From an uncultured Candidatus Saccharibacteria bacterium (lineage in GTDB: Bacteria; Patescibacteriota; Doudnabacteria; UBA920), in contig CAZLNP010000001.1 of NCBI GenBank assembly GCA_964561085.1, positions 10,213 through 74,212 of the forward strand: a stretch of DNA of 64,000 bases, written 5' to 3'. The translations under genes were made by a program, and so were the position numbers. This document shows positions 1 through 9,457 of the stretch, piece by piece. Each line of letters begins with the position of its first letter. The stretch's first letter is position 1. The notes below the pieces were generated by a model. The model searched no databases. It worked only from the letters and a program-made list of their open reading frames with translations, and was not told the DNA's origin.

Positions 1-1403
1 CCCACCCCATGTCCGCGGCAATTATTCTTGGGCAAATTTTTCCTGACGCAACCGCCATTACAGCGACCATTCTTCATGACATCACAGAAGATACCGACAC
101 AACAGACACAAATTTAAAAGAAGAGTTCAGCGAAGAAATTGCTGCGCTCGTAGATGGAGTAACTAAACTAGGCCACGTTCGCTTACGCAACAGCACAGAT
201 GAATACTACGTAGAAAATTTGCGCAAAATGTTTATTGCAACTAGCAAAGACATTCGCGTGATGCTAATTAAACTCGCTGACCGATTGCACAACATGAGAA
301 CAATTGGCGCTCTCTCCCCCGAGAAGCAAACCAAAATCGCCAGTGAGACTTTAGAAATGTATGCGCCCATCGCTGGGCGCCTCGGTATTGGTGCATGGAA
401 AGACGAACTCGAAGATCTATCTTTCAAGATTGTTGATCCAGAGAACTACGAAAAAACTGAACACCTTTTACAAGAACGTTTAGAAGAGCGTCAAAAAGGT
501 ACTAAAGAAATGCAAAAAGAGCTGGCTACAATTTTGCGCGTGGAAGGAATTAAGTTCAGAGATATTTCCGGTCGCATCAAGCGCATTTATTCTCTGTTTA
601 AAAAATTGGATCGCTACGACGGTGACATCACTAAAATCCACGACAAGATTGCCCTGCGCATCATTACTAAATCGACTGCGGATTGTTACGCTGCCTTAGG
701 CGCTATTCATAAACACTTTAGTCCGATGCCAGGCCGTGTAAAAGATTTTATCGCCATGCCAAAACCAAATGGCTACGAAAGTTTACACACCACTGTATTC
801 GATAGCGAAGGGCGTGCTTTTGAAGTGCAAATCCGCACAGATCTTATGCACGAAACTGCAGAACGCGGAATTGCCGCCCATTGGTTCTATGAAGAAACTG
901 GCAAAGATGATAGCGCCACTCCCCGACCGAACAAAGGTCCAAGCTGGTTCAAAGAGCTTCATGCTTGGCAGGAAGAGATGGCATCGCATCCAGAGGAGTT
1001 CTTAGAAGGTTTAAAAATTGATTTCTTCAAAGATCGAATTTTTGTTCTTACTCCTAAAGGTGATGTAAAAGATTTGCCAGTGGGTGCTTCGGTAATTGAT
1101 TTTGCTTTTTCAGTTCACTCTGACTTAGGCTACCAAATGTTAGGCGCTAAAATTAACGGAAAGATGGGGAAAATTTCAGATGAGCTGCATCAGGGAGATG
1201 TAGTGGAAATTCTAAAAGCTAAAAACGCCGCAACTCCTTCCAGGGATTGGCTAGTTTCCGCTAAAACTAGTCATGCCCGCGCCTTAATTCGCAAATACTT
1301 AGCCGAGCATGATAAAGGCCTATTCCAGAGAGTAAGAGAATTAAAACTCCAAGATATTTCCTCTCGTCTACCTGGCCTCCCAACCTTCTTCCGGAAAAAA
1401 TAA
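1..1403 (+). CDS. RelA/SpoT family (p)ppGpp synthetase/hydrolase (HD, synthetase, TGS), 5'-truncated by window edge
   Basis: LHDITEDT, IKLADRLHNMRT, KPNGYESLHT, EVQIRT, GIAAHW and TGS (FAFSVHSDLG) motifs; frame open to window start (HP before the ORF-track Met). Confidence 0.93.
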   Translation, partial: HPMSAAIILGQIFPDATAITATILHDITEDTDTTDTNLKEEFSEEIAALVDGVTKLGHVRLRNSTDEYYVENLRKMFIATSKDIRVMLIKLADRLHNMRTIGALSPEKQTKIASETLEMYAPIAGRLGIGAWKDELEDLSFKIVDPENYEKTEHLLQERLEERQKGTKEMQKELATILRVEGIKFRDISGRIKRIYSLFKKLDRYDGDITKIHDKIALRIITKSTADCYAALGAIHKHFSPMPGRVKDFIAMPKPNGYESLHTTVFDSEGRAFEVQIRTDLMHETAERGIAAHWFYEETGKDDSATPRPNKGPSWFKELHAWQEEMASHPEEFLEGLKIDFFKDRIFVLTPKGDVKDLPVGASVIDFAFSVHSDLGYQMLGAKINGKMGKISDELHQGDVVEILKAKNAATPSRDWLVSAKTSHARALIRKYLAEHDKGLFQRVRELKLQDISSRLPGLPTFFRKK

Positions 1404-1429
1404 AAAACCACCGCGCGCGGTGGTTTTTT
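1403..1429. terminator. Bidirectional intrinsic terminator
   Basis: AAAAAACCACCGC-G-CGCGGTGGTTTTTT-type hairpin with A/T tails between convergent genes. Confidence 0.8.
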
Positions 1430-1445
1430 ATATATAGCAAAATTT

Positions 1446-1949
1446 TTAAGCTAAAGTGTGTTTAGTGTATGTAGGATTATGATCTACAAGCTCATCTTCA
1501 TTAAACCAAACATCAATTTCAGTCTTCGCTTCTTCCACAGTAGCAGAACCGTGAATTAAGTTATAAAGCTTGCCACCTGGATTAGCGTTAGCATGCTTAA
1601 ATGAAACATGGGAGTAATCTCCACGAATTGTTCCAGGTGTAGCAGACTTTGGCTCAGTCTCGCCGATCATCTTACGAACTAATTCTACTGCTTCGATTCC
1701 TTCTAGGACAATTGCCACAACTGGGCCAGATGCAAGCATCTGAATCATGCTGTTGCGGATTGCTTCACCACGGCGCACGGCTAAGTCTTCTGTATAGTGC
1801 TTACCGGCTGCTTCTTCTGTTGGTTGCATAAGCTTCATTCCAACAATTTTTAATCCTACGCGCTCGAAGCGTTGCAAGATCTCTCCTACTAGACCACGTT
1901 CTAAAGTATCTGGTTTTAGTAAGACTAAACTTTGTTCTGTTGTATCCAT
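1446..1949 (-). CDS. ndk: Nucleoside-diphosphate kinase
   Basis: LKPD, PGTIRGDY, NLIHGS motifs. Confidence 0.96.
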   Translation of the reverse strand: MDTTEQSLVLLKPDTLERGLVGEILQRFERVGLKIVGMKLMQPTEEAAGKHYTEDLAVRRGEAIRNSMIQMLASGPVVAIVLEGIEAVELVRKMIGETEPKSATPGTIRGDYSHVSFKHANANPGGKLYNLIHGSATVEEAKTEIDVWFNEDELVDHNPTYTKHTLA

Positions 1950-1973
1950 ATGTTCTTGCTTAGATTTGATTAA

Positions 1974-2705
1974 TTATTTATCAGAAACTACTGCTTTTGT
2001 AATTGTCACAGTATTTTTAGGTTTTCCACTTTGATCACCAGTCAAACCGATCTTGTCTACCACATCTTGACCTTCAACAACTTTACCAAAGATTGTGTAA
2101 AGTTTTCCTAAAGATTGGTTCAAGTCTGCCAAAGTAAAGAAGAATTGGCTACCGTTTGTATTTGGTCCGCTGTTAGCCATGGCAACAACACCCTTAACAT
2201 AACCTGTTTTAAAGCTAGGCGCATCAGGATTTAGTTCATCCTCAAACTTAGCTCCGAAAACACTTTCACCGCCAGCACCCGTACCTGTTGGATCACCACC
2301 CTGAACAACGAAGCCTGGGATAATTCTGTGGAAAGTTAGACAGTCATAGTAACCGCTTGCGGAAAGACGTAAGAAGTTTTCTACTGTCTTTGGAGCATCT
2401 TGATCAAATAACTGGATTTTTACATCACCGAATCCTTCAATGGACATAGTGACAAACTTATTCTTGATATCAATTTTTTCTTGCATAACTTTATTATTAA
2501 CTGTTCGAGTACACGGTGCGGAAGTTGTATTTTCCGACTGAGCTGTTTCTGATTTAGTATTATTGTCTTCTGCTGGATCTTGAGAATCTGTAACTTCGTT
2601 GCTGTTTTTGGTTTCATTACCGTTGCGACTAGAAAGGAAAAAAATAGCTCCGATTCCAACCACTACGACTACACCAATCAGCAAATATATTTGCCATGTT
2701 TTCAT
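1974..2705 (-). CDS. Cyclophilin-type peptidyl-prolyl isomerase with N-terminal membrane anchor
   Basis: FHRIIPGFVVQGGDPTGTG, AMANSGPNTNGSQFF; N-terminal hydrophobic helix. Confidence 0.93.
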   Translation of the reverse strand: MKTWQIYLLIGVVVVVGIGAIFFLSSRNGNETKNSNEVTDSQDPAEDNNTKSETAQSENTTSAPCTRTVNNKVMQEKIDIKNKFVTMSIEGFGDVKIQLFDQDAPKTVENFLRLSASGYYDCLTFHRIIPGFVVQGGDPTGTGAGGESVFGAKFEDELNPDAPSFKTGYVKGVVAMANSGPNTNGSQFFFTLADLNQSLGKLYTIFGKVVEGQDVVDKIGLTGDQSGKPKNTVTITKAVVSDK

Positions 2706-4159
2706 AGAGTATTTGTAATTATTTTTTCAAGTTTACCATATTTCGCCTGTTTTTGCAATCGACTATGTCTGCTATAAATATATAGTATTAAGACTGAATA
2801 ATAAATGAAGATTAACCATGGCGGCGCTATCACTTCCACGCTCGCATAAGGAACTAGCGCAAGCTTTTCGGTAATAAATAAAATTGCAGAAGTGATGAGT
2901 TGCGCGGGCATAACGAACACTCCCCCAATCACTGGCAAGAGCGCCAAAGCTCCGAACAACATAATCCAAGTCACAAATGGAAGCACTAGCAAGTTTGCGA
3001 GCGGGGCGATTACGCTAAAAGTATGGAAATGCAAAATGATGATAGGTGCAGTGAGAATAATTGCACCGAGCGTGGGTCTAAGCATATCGACAAGAAATGA
3101 ATCCTCTTTTTCTGGATGCTTGAGGTTAAAGGCCATTAGTACCCCAAAAGTTGCAGCGGCACTAAGTTGAAATCCAACATCCCAAACAACTATTCGAGGA
3201 TTAATAAGTATCATGATTACAGAAACTAAAAGCAGTGCATACAAACTGGCGTATTGCCTGCCCATTAACTGAGCAACCACCATAACTATAGCCATGATAC
3301 CGGCGCGCACCACCGCAGCCGTCGCCCCTGTTACCACCACAAACCCAATCACGATCAATATCGTCAGAATATTTGTGGCGCGCCTGCCTATGTACCACAC
3401 AAGCGCACCGCAAGCCGTCGCGATTATAGTCATGTTAAACCCTGACACAGCCACAATATGCGTCAGTCCTGTGATCTTAAAAGCTTGCTGAACTTCATCG
3501 GGAATATTTTGCTTCTGACCAATGAGCATACCAATAATTAATCCACCCTCTCGTTCAGGAAAAACTTTTCCTTGCTTTAGTACGAAGTTACGCACCGCTA
3601 ATAACGGCGTTCGCCAATTCCACTCCGCGCGCTTGAGAACAATCACACGAGGCTTCTTTAGTTGTGCGTAAACTTGCCAGCGCTGCAAATACCCAATGTA
3701 ATCAAAATCACTAAAATTTTCTGGTAATTCTAACTGACCACGAATCCAAACTCTATCCCCTTTCTTCAAACCTGGAATTGGTGTATACAAAGATCCGCGA
3801 ATGAATTGTGAATAGCCGTCTGGTAGCAAAGTGACCTGCATGTTACGACCACTCATGACCGGATCCATAGCAACAATTCCTTCTGTATTTATGTTTTCCC
3901 CTAAAAACTCTTGATACTCATTTTCAGAAAAAGATTTCCCAACATACAAATATCCAAAAACCAAACCCGCAATGATGCACATTATACTTAGCCCAACTAC
4001 TCGCGCGTTCTTCCTGGGTAAAGCCATAATTCCCATAGACAAAACTGCACCGCCTTGGAAAACGGTCCAAACTAGTGACGATGGAATATTATATAGTGAG
4101 CCTATTGCTACACCAACAATAAAACTGCAAAGCAAGATAGAAATAAAACGAGGCGCCAT
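2702..4159 (-). CDS. comEC: ComEC/Rec2 competence channel (no C-terminal beta-lactamase domain)
   Basis: GLTHIVAVSGFN, VVRAGIM, DVGFQLS motifs; many TM helices. Confidence 0.9.
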   Translation of the reverse strand: MAPRFISILLCSFIVGVAIGSLYNIPSSLVWTVFQGGAVLSMGIMALPRKNARVVGLSIMCIIAGLVFGYLYVGKSFSENEYQEFLGENINTEGIVAMDPVMSGRNMQVTLLPDGYSQFIRGSLYTPIPGLKKGDRVWIRGQLELPENFSDFDYIGYLQRWQVYAQLKKPRVIVLKRAEWNWRTPLLAVRNFVLKQGKVFPEREGGLIIGMLIGQKQNIPDEVQQAFKITGLTHIVAVSGFNMTIIATACGALVWYIGRRATNILTILIVIGFVVVTGATAAVVRAGIMAIVMVVAQLMGRQYASLYALLLVSVIMILINPRIVVWDVGFQLSAAATFGVLMAFNLKHPEKEDSFLVDMLRPTLGAIILTAPIIILHFHTFSVIAPLANLLVLPFVTWIMLFGALALLPVIGGVFVMPAQLITSAILFITEKLALVPYASVEVIAPPWLIFIYYSVLILYIYSRHSRLQKQAKYGKLEKIITNTL

Positions 4160-4200
4160 GCTTAAAGCATAGGCGCCTCGTGATCAAGTTTAGATAAAGA

Positions 4201-5442
4201 CTATTTCAACTTCTCTGCTAACTCAGCGGTAAATATAGTTTCTTGCTCACGCTTAGCTAAATCTTTGAGTTGAACTGTTTCGGCTTTAACTTCTGTTTCA
4301 CCCATTATAATTGCATATGGAATACTACGACTCTCCGCGTACTTGAATTGCTTATCTAACTTTGCAGCTGAATAATACAGCTCTACGTTAATCCCTTGCG
4401 CACGTAAATCCGTTGCGAGCTTCAAGTAATTTTCCATCAAACTTTCATTTTGATTCAGAATCAAAGCACGGATTGGTTGAGCAAAATTCATTTCACCCAT
4501 ATCTTTTAGTGCATCTATTAGACGATCAACACCGATACTTCCACCGACAGCCGGAAGACTTTGACTAGAGAACTGATCTACTAAGCCATCATAACGACCC
4601 CCACTACAAATACTGCCAAATTCTGGCTTATCTTTAAGGTAAATTTCGAAGACGGTGCCCGTGTAATAATCTAGACCGCGCGCGATGGTTGGATCAAATT
4701 CCACATCGCCTTTTAGACCATACGCTTCAATCATTTTCATGATCTTCACAGTAGATTCAGGAGCTGTAATAAATTTTGGATCAGCCAAACTTTTTGCTCT
4801 TACGATTTCTTCTTCAGGAACTCCCTGAGCTTCCATCTCCGCAACAATTCCATCTACACCAATTTTATCTATTTTATCTATCGCGCGGATAGCTGCGACC
4901 GAGAAATCTTTCAGTATCTCGCGATCGTTTAATCTCACTCTATAATTAGTAACGCCAACAGCTTCAAGCGCCTTACACAAACAAGCAATTACTTCTGAAT
5001 CAGCGACTAGTGAATCTGTACCAACAGCATCTACATCACACTGATAGAACTCACGCAGTCTTCCCTTTTGAGGATTATCCGCACGCCACACTGGTGCAAT
5101 TTGATAACGCTTAAATGGAAAGGTTAACTGACCTTGATTCTGAGCAACATATCGTGCCAAAGGCACGGTTAAGTCATAACGCATAGCGACGTCACGGTCG
5201 CCTTTATCTTTAAATGAATAGACCAACTTTTCATCTTCGCCGTACTTACCCATCAAAATTTCTTTGTACTCCAACACTGGTGTAGACAACGGCAAAAAAC
5301 CAAACCGTTCAAAAACGCTTTGGATACTAGAAAACATTTGCTGACGAGCAAGTTGCTCAGCGGGACCGAAATCTCGGAATCCCTTCAGCAGACGAGGTTC
5401 TATCTTATTCTCTTTTTCTGATTTATCATTTAGATCTGACAT
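4201..5442 (-). CDS. hisS: Histidine--tRNA ligase (intact motifs)
   Basis: RYDLTVP, VWRADNPQKGRLREFYQCD, RGLDYYTG, GGRYD, GSIGVDR. Confidence 0.95.
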   Translation of the reverse strand: MSDLNDKSEKENKIEPRLLKGFRDFGPAEQLARQQMFSSIQSVFERFGFLPLSTPVLEYKEILMGKYGEDEKLVYSFKDKGDRDVAMRYDLTVPLARYVAQNQGQLTFPFKRYQIAPVWRADNPQKGRLREFYQCDVDAVGTDSLVADSEVIACLCKALEAVGVTNYRVRLNDREILKDFSVAAIRAIDKIDKIGVDGIVAEMEAQGVPEEEIVRAKSLADPKFITAPESTVKIMKMIEAYGLKGDVEFDPTIARGLDYYTGTVFEIYLKDKPEFGSICSGGRYDGLVDQFSSQSLPAVGGSIGVDRLIDALKDMGEMNFAQPIRALILNQNESLMENYLKLATDLRAQGINVELYYSAAKLDKQFKYAESRSIPYAIIMGETEVKAETVQLKDLAKREQETIFTAELAEKLK

Positions 5443-5469
5443 AAAATGATTATACCAATTTTAATTGGC

Positions 5470-5688
5470 TTATGCTAACTTAAATACTTTAATCTTGCTA
5501 GCCGCTCCTCTTCTAATGCTTAGGTGAGATTTAGCGACCCCTAAATGATTTGCCAATGCTTTGGTTATGGCAGTGTTGGCTTTCCCGTCTGATGCTATCT
5601 CTGTGACATATATATCAAAAACACCCGGGCCTTTTTGGAGGATCCGGGGTTTCTTACTCTTAGGATGTGCATGCACAGTAATTTCCAT
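5470..5688 (-). CDS. DUF167/YggU family protein
   Basis: DGKANTA...LA.HLGV.KS...I.RG..S.IK pattern. Confidence 0.85.
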   Translation of the reverse strand: MEITVHAHPKSKKPRILQKGPGVFDIYVTEIASDGKANTAITKALANHLGVAKSHLSIRRGAASKIKVFKLA

Positions 5689-6059
5689 TATTTACTGCTT
5701 CTCCACAAAATGAATTTTAGGGCAGTGCTAATCTTTGACTTCTTTAACTTCGCAGCCCGATGAACAGTTTCACCTTTCACTTTTCTTAAAATCTGATCAG
5801 TTTTTTGGAATTTAATATAGCCATGGATGGATAGCCAACCTCCTACGACAATGAAAACCCATCCTGTGATTTGGGTGAGTGTATCTGTATCAAAAAACTT
5901 GAGCAATGTTGCCCCGGCCGCAATTAAAGTTAATGCTGTCCTAACATAAGACATAAATGATGTCTCATTCGTCATTATGGTTCTATCGACAGCTAAATAA
6001 TCACGAAGGATCATTCTCTCATGATCATGTTCGTAAGGAATGTATGGGTCTTCTGACAT
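5688..6059 (-). CDS. DUF202/YidH family membrane protein
   Basis: RDYLAVDRT.M.NETSFMSYVRT followed by two TM helices. Confidence 0.85.
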   Translation of the reverse strand: MSEDPYIPYEHDHERMILRDYLAVDRTIMTNETSFMSYVRTALTLIAAGATLLKFFDTDTLTQITGWVFIVVGGWLSIHGYIKFQKTDQILRKVKGETVHRAAKLKKSKISTALKFILWRSSK

Positions 6060-6167
6060 TGATTTTTACTTATCCAGTACTTTTTGTTTCACTTGTGATC
6101 TAACTATATTAATTATAGCATAAATTTTTCACTTCCTCCAATTAGATCTGTTTAGTATACTTTAGTC

Positions 6168-7946
6168 ATGCGAAAATTTTTAGCACCAGGTGAAGAGATT
6201 AAAAATCTTTCTACCTGGCAATTGATCAAAGACATAGTCAAGCTAGTCGGCCCATACAAAGGTCGTTTTATTGTTGGGAGTCTACTTAGATTAACCAGCG
6301 ATGCAGGCAACCTTTACTCTACTTATGCCATTGCTACAATGGTAACGATCTTTAGTCGGGGCAATATTGAAGACAGCGCTCAGCAAATTTGGTTATTGTT
6401 ATTCTTCTGGGCAATAGCTATAACCTATAAATTGTTTAGTAAGCATTTTGCCAAAGTTATTCTGTTTGGGATAGCACGGCAGATTCAGGTTAATGTGGAA
6501 TCAAATGCAATAAAGCATATGTTCCAGCTCGATATAGCTTGGCACGAAAAGGAAAATACTGGGAATAAACATCAGAGAATAAAAAATGCTTCCATTGGTT
6601 ATGCTCAAATTTTGTTAATGTGGGCAAATAACCTTGTCGCTATTGTAGTAGAATTTGTAGGTATAATTGTAATTATCTATCAATTCAATAGACCAATTGC
6701 TATTGCCATGGCAATATTCCTAATTGCTTTCTCAGTTGTCTCAAAATTTATGCGTAGTAAAGTTGGGCTAGCTTCCAATCAGACCAACATACGAGGCGAA
6801 GAAATCTCTGGATTGCAATTTGAAGCCATATCGAATATTCGCACAGTCAAGATTATGTCTATGATCAAAACCATATCGGAGACTTTAGATTTCCGCGCTG
6901 GTAGATTATTTGAGGCAATGAAGAAGCTTATCTTTTGGTCACAAAATAGAAACACAGTTGAAGCCATTACAAGCCAGGCATTCAAAACGGGTATAATGAT
7001 TTACATCATTGCCGGAATTATTAACGGCCGATTAGAAGCTGGTCTATTAATTCTATTCTATAACTACTTCAACACTCTATGGGGCGCAGTAGAAGAACTT
7101 GCCAATGTTAGTCAAGATATTCTTGTGGCACGTTTTAGCATTTCTCGTCTTAAAGAAATAATGAATGAACCAGTAACTATTGATGATGAAACTGGCAAAC
7201 TTGAGTTCCCAATTAAATGGGGAAAAATCGAACTTAAAAATGTCTCCTTTAAGTATGGTCAAAATGAAGTTTTAAAAAATATTAGCTTCACTATTAATAG
7301 AGGTGAAAAGATTGGAATTATCGGATTATCGGGTGCGGGAAAATCCACGTTATTCAAACTACTCCTAAAAGAATATGAGAACTTTGAAGGAGAAATTTTA
7401 ATTGATGATACCCCTATTCAACAGATCAGCAAGATTGATTACTTTAATCATACAGCTGTGGTATTACAAGAAACTGAAGTATTCAACTTCTCTTTACGAG
7501 AGAATATATATTTAGCAGGCCCTGGTACTGCAAACAAAGAAGTCGAACTTCAAAAGGCTTTAGAAGTAGCTCACGTCACCGATTTCTTGCAAAAGCTCCC
7601 TGACGGTGTTGATACCCCAATCGGTGAAAAAGGTGTACGCCTTTCAGGTGGAGAGAAACAACGTGTAGGCATTGCCAGAGCAGTATTTAAACAGCCCCAA
7701 CTCCTTCTCCTTGACGAAGCTACTTCCCATTTGGACCTAGAGTCTGAAGAAAAAATCCAAGATTCTTTACATAAGTTCTTTAACACCGTGACTGCAGTCG
7801 TAATCGCTCATCGACTTACAACTATTAAAGAAATGGATAAGATTATTGTCATAGAAGACGGTGAAATCCTTGAATCTGGAAACTTTGCAGATCTAACTGC
7901 CAAGCGTGGCCGTTTCTTTGAGCTGTGGGAGAAACAAAGACTTTAG
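6168..7946 (+). CDS. ABC exporter, fused permease/ATP-binding protein
   Basis: N-terminal TM domain; GLSGAGKST, LSGGEKQR, LLLDEATS. Confidence 0.93.
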   Translation: MRKFLAPGEEIKNLSTWQLIKDIVKLVGPYKGRFIVGSLLRLTSDAGNLYSTYAIATMVTIFSRGNIEDSAQQIWLLLFFWAIAITYKLFSKHFAKVILFGIARQIQVNVESNAIKHMFQLDIAWHEKENTGNKHQRIKNASIGYAQILLMWANNLVAIVVEFVGIIVIIYQFNRPIAIAMAIFLIAFSVVSKFMRSKVGLASNQTNIRGEEISGLQFEAISNIRTVKIMSMIKTISETLDFRAGRLFEAMKKLIFWSQNRNTVEAITSQAFKTGIMIYIIAGIINGRLEAGLLILFYNYFNTLWGAVEELANVSQDILVARFSISRLKEIMNEPVTIDDETGKLEFPIKWGKIELKNVSFKYGQNEVLKNISFTINRGEKIGIIGLSGAGKSTLFKLLLKEYENFEGEILIDDTPIQQISKIDYFNHTAVVLQETEVFNFSLRENIYLAGPGTANKEVELQKALEVAHVTDFLQKLPDGVDTPIGEKGVRLSGGEKQRVGIARAVFKQPQLLLLDEATSHLDLESEEKIQDSLHKFFNTVTAVVIAHRLTTIKEMDKIIVIEDGEILESGNFADLTAKRGRFFELWEKQRL

Positions 7947-7961
7947 AAAATAGCCAAAACA

Positions 7962-8052
7962 AAAAACCTTCCTGCTATATTTGAACGATTGTCGAGCCGA
8001 GGCACGGGATGCCAAAGGCGAGACTCAGTGAAAATATAGCAGGAAGGTTTTT
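7962..8052. repeat. 21-bp perfect inverted repeat enclosing a 49-nt structured insert (terminator/REP-like element)
   Basis: AAAAACCTTCCTGCTATATTT (7962-7982) pairs with AAATATAGCAGGAAGGTTTTT (8032-8052), between convergent genes. Confidence 0.75.
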
Positions 8053-8062
8053 AAATTTGTAG

Positions 8063-9301
8063 TTATTTCATTTTCTTGCGAATGAACGCAGGGATATCTA
8101 GTTCATCATCAGGATCTTCATCGGAAGATTGCATTGGCACAGGATCAGCCGGCTTAGGGCTAAACAATGGCTTGCGCACTTCTGGACGAGGAATTTCTGG
8201 ACGGGACTCTTCAACATCAGGAGACTGGAAAGCAGACATACTAGACAACGGTGGAGTCTGAGCAGGAGCGTTAGTAATTAACGGCTTCATTGGCTCATCG
8301 TTTACAGGGGCAAAGTTCAACGCAGATGGACGACGATTGTGTTCATCGAATCCAGTAGCGATAACAGTGATGCGAATCTCATCGCCCATTGTTTCATCAA
8401 TAACAGTACCGAATTTAACGCGAGCATCAGGATCAACATTTTTAGTAATAACGCGAGCAGCTTCATCAATTTCAAACATTCCAAGATCAGAGCCACCAGT
8501 AATGTTGAACAGTACGCCTTGAGCACCATCAATAGTCATATCAAGCAATGGAGAGTTCACAGCAGCCTTAGCAGCGATCTCAGCACGACCTTCACCAGAA
8601 GCTCGTCCAATACCCATCATGGCTGTACCAGCGTCTTGCATAATAGTGCGAATGTCAGCAAAGTCAGCGTTAACCACACCGTGGGTAGTAATCAAGTCGG
8701 AGATGCCAGCGATACCTTGGCGAAGCACTTCATCAACAGTTTTGAATGCATCAATTAGAGAAGTCTTCTTGTCGATGATTTGTAAGATACGATCGTTCTG
8801 TACAGAAATAATTGCGTCTACTTTATCTTTCAAATTTTCATAACCAGCCTCAGCAATTTCTTTACGCTTGCTTCCTTCAAAAGTGAAAGGCTTCGTGACA
8901 ACAGCGATTGTTAAGATGTCGCGGTTCTTTGCTAGTTCAGCAACAATTGGTGCTGCACCAGTTCCAGTTCCTCCACCAAGACCACAAGTGATGAACACCA
9001 TGTCTGCATTTGAGATAACTTCTTCAATTTCTTCTTGTGATTCTTCTGCGGCTTGACGGCCAAGTTCAGGATTCATTCCAGAACCAAGTCCCTTGGTAAT
9101 AGATTTACCAATGTGAACTTTTTTGTCAGCCATGTTATTGTGCAAGGCTTGTGCATCTGTGTTAACAGAAATAAATTCTACGCCGCGGATTCCTAGCTCA
9201 GCCATACGAGCTACGGCAGTTGTACCGGATCCACCGATACCCATAACTTTAATGCGAGCGAATGTTTCAATTTTTGGTTTAACTTCCATAGTCTTTTTCA
9301 T
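8063..9301 (-). CDS. ftsZ: Cell division protein FtsZ
   Basis: GGGTGTG tubulin signature, NADFAD, C-terminal LDIPAFIRKK. Confidence 0.98.
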   Translation of the reverse strand: MKKTMEVKPKIETFARIKVMGIGGSGTTAVARMAELGIRGVEFISVNTDAQALHNNMADKKVHIGKSITKGLGSGMNPELGRQAAEESQEEIEEVISNADMVFITCGLGGGTGTGAAPIVAELAKNRDILTIAVVTKPFTFEGSKRKEIAEAGYENLKDKVDAIISVQNDRILQIIDKKTSLIDAFKTVDEVLRQGIAGISDLITTHGVVNADFADIRTIMQDAGTAMMGIGRASGEGRAEIAAKAAVNSPLLDMTIDGAQGVLFNITGGSDLGMFEIDEAARVITKNVDPDARVKFGTVIDETMGDEIRITVIATGFDEHNRRPSALNFAPVNDEPMKPLITNAPAQTPPLSSMSAFQSPDVEESRPEIPRPEVRKPLFSPKPADPVPMQSSDEDPDDELDIPAFIRKKMK

Positions 9302-9457
9302 GCTATTTCATATTCTATATTAAAGAAAAAAACGCAAAATAACAACTTAAATAGAGGGGTGTCTGCTTCAATTGTTGTTTTGCGTTTTATTTTACTATTA
9401 GCTTTTTACCCTAAAGGGATACTTAGCTCTTATTTTGCCCAGACGGTGGTTTTTGGC

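Noticed and set aside
8076-9323. Several plus-strand ORFs of 60-139 aa within ftsZ (similar ones within dnaK, uvrA, the RND gene and topA)
   Set aside because: Antisense shadows of conserved genes with no independent motifs
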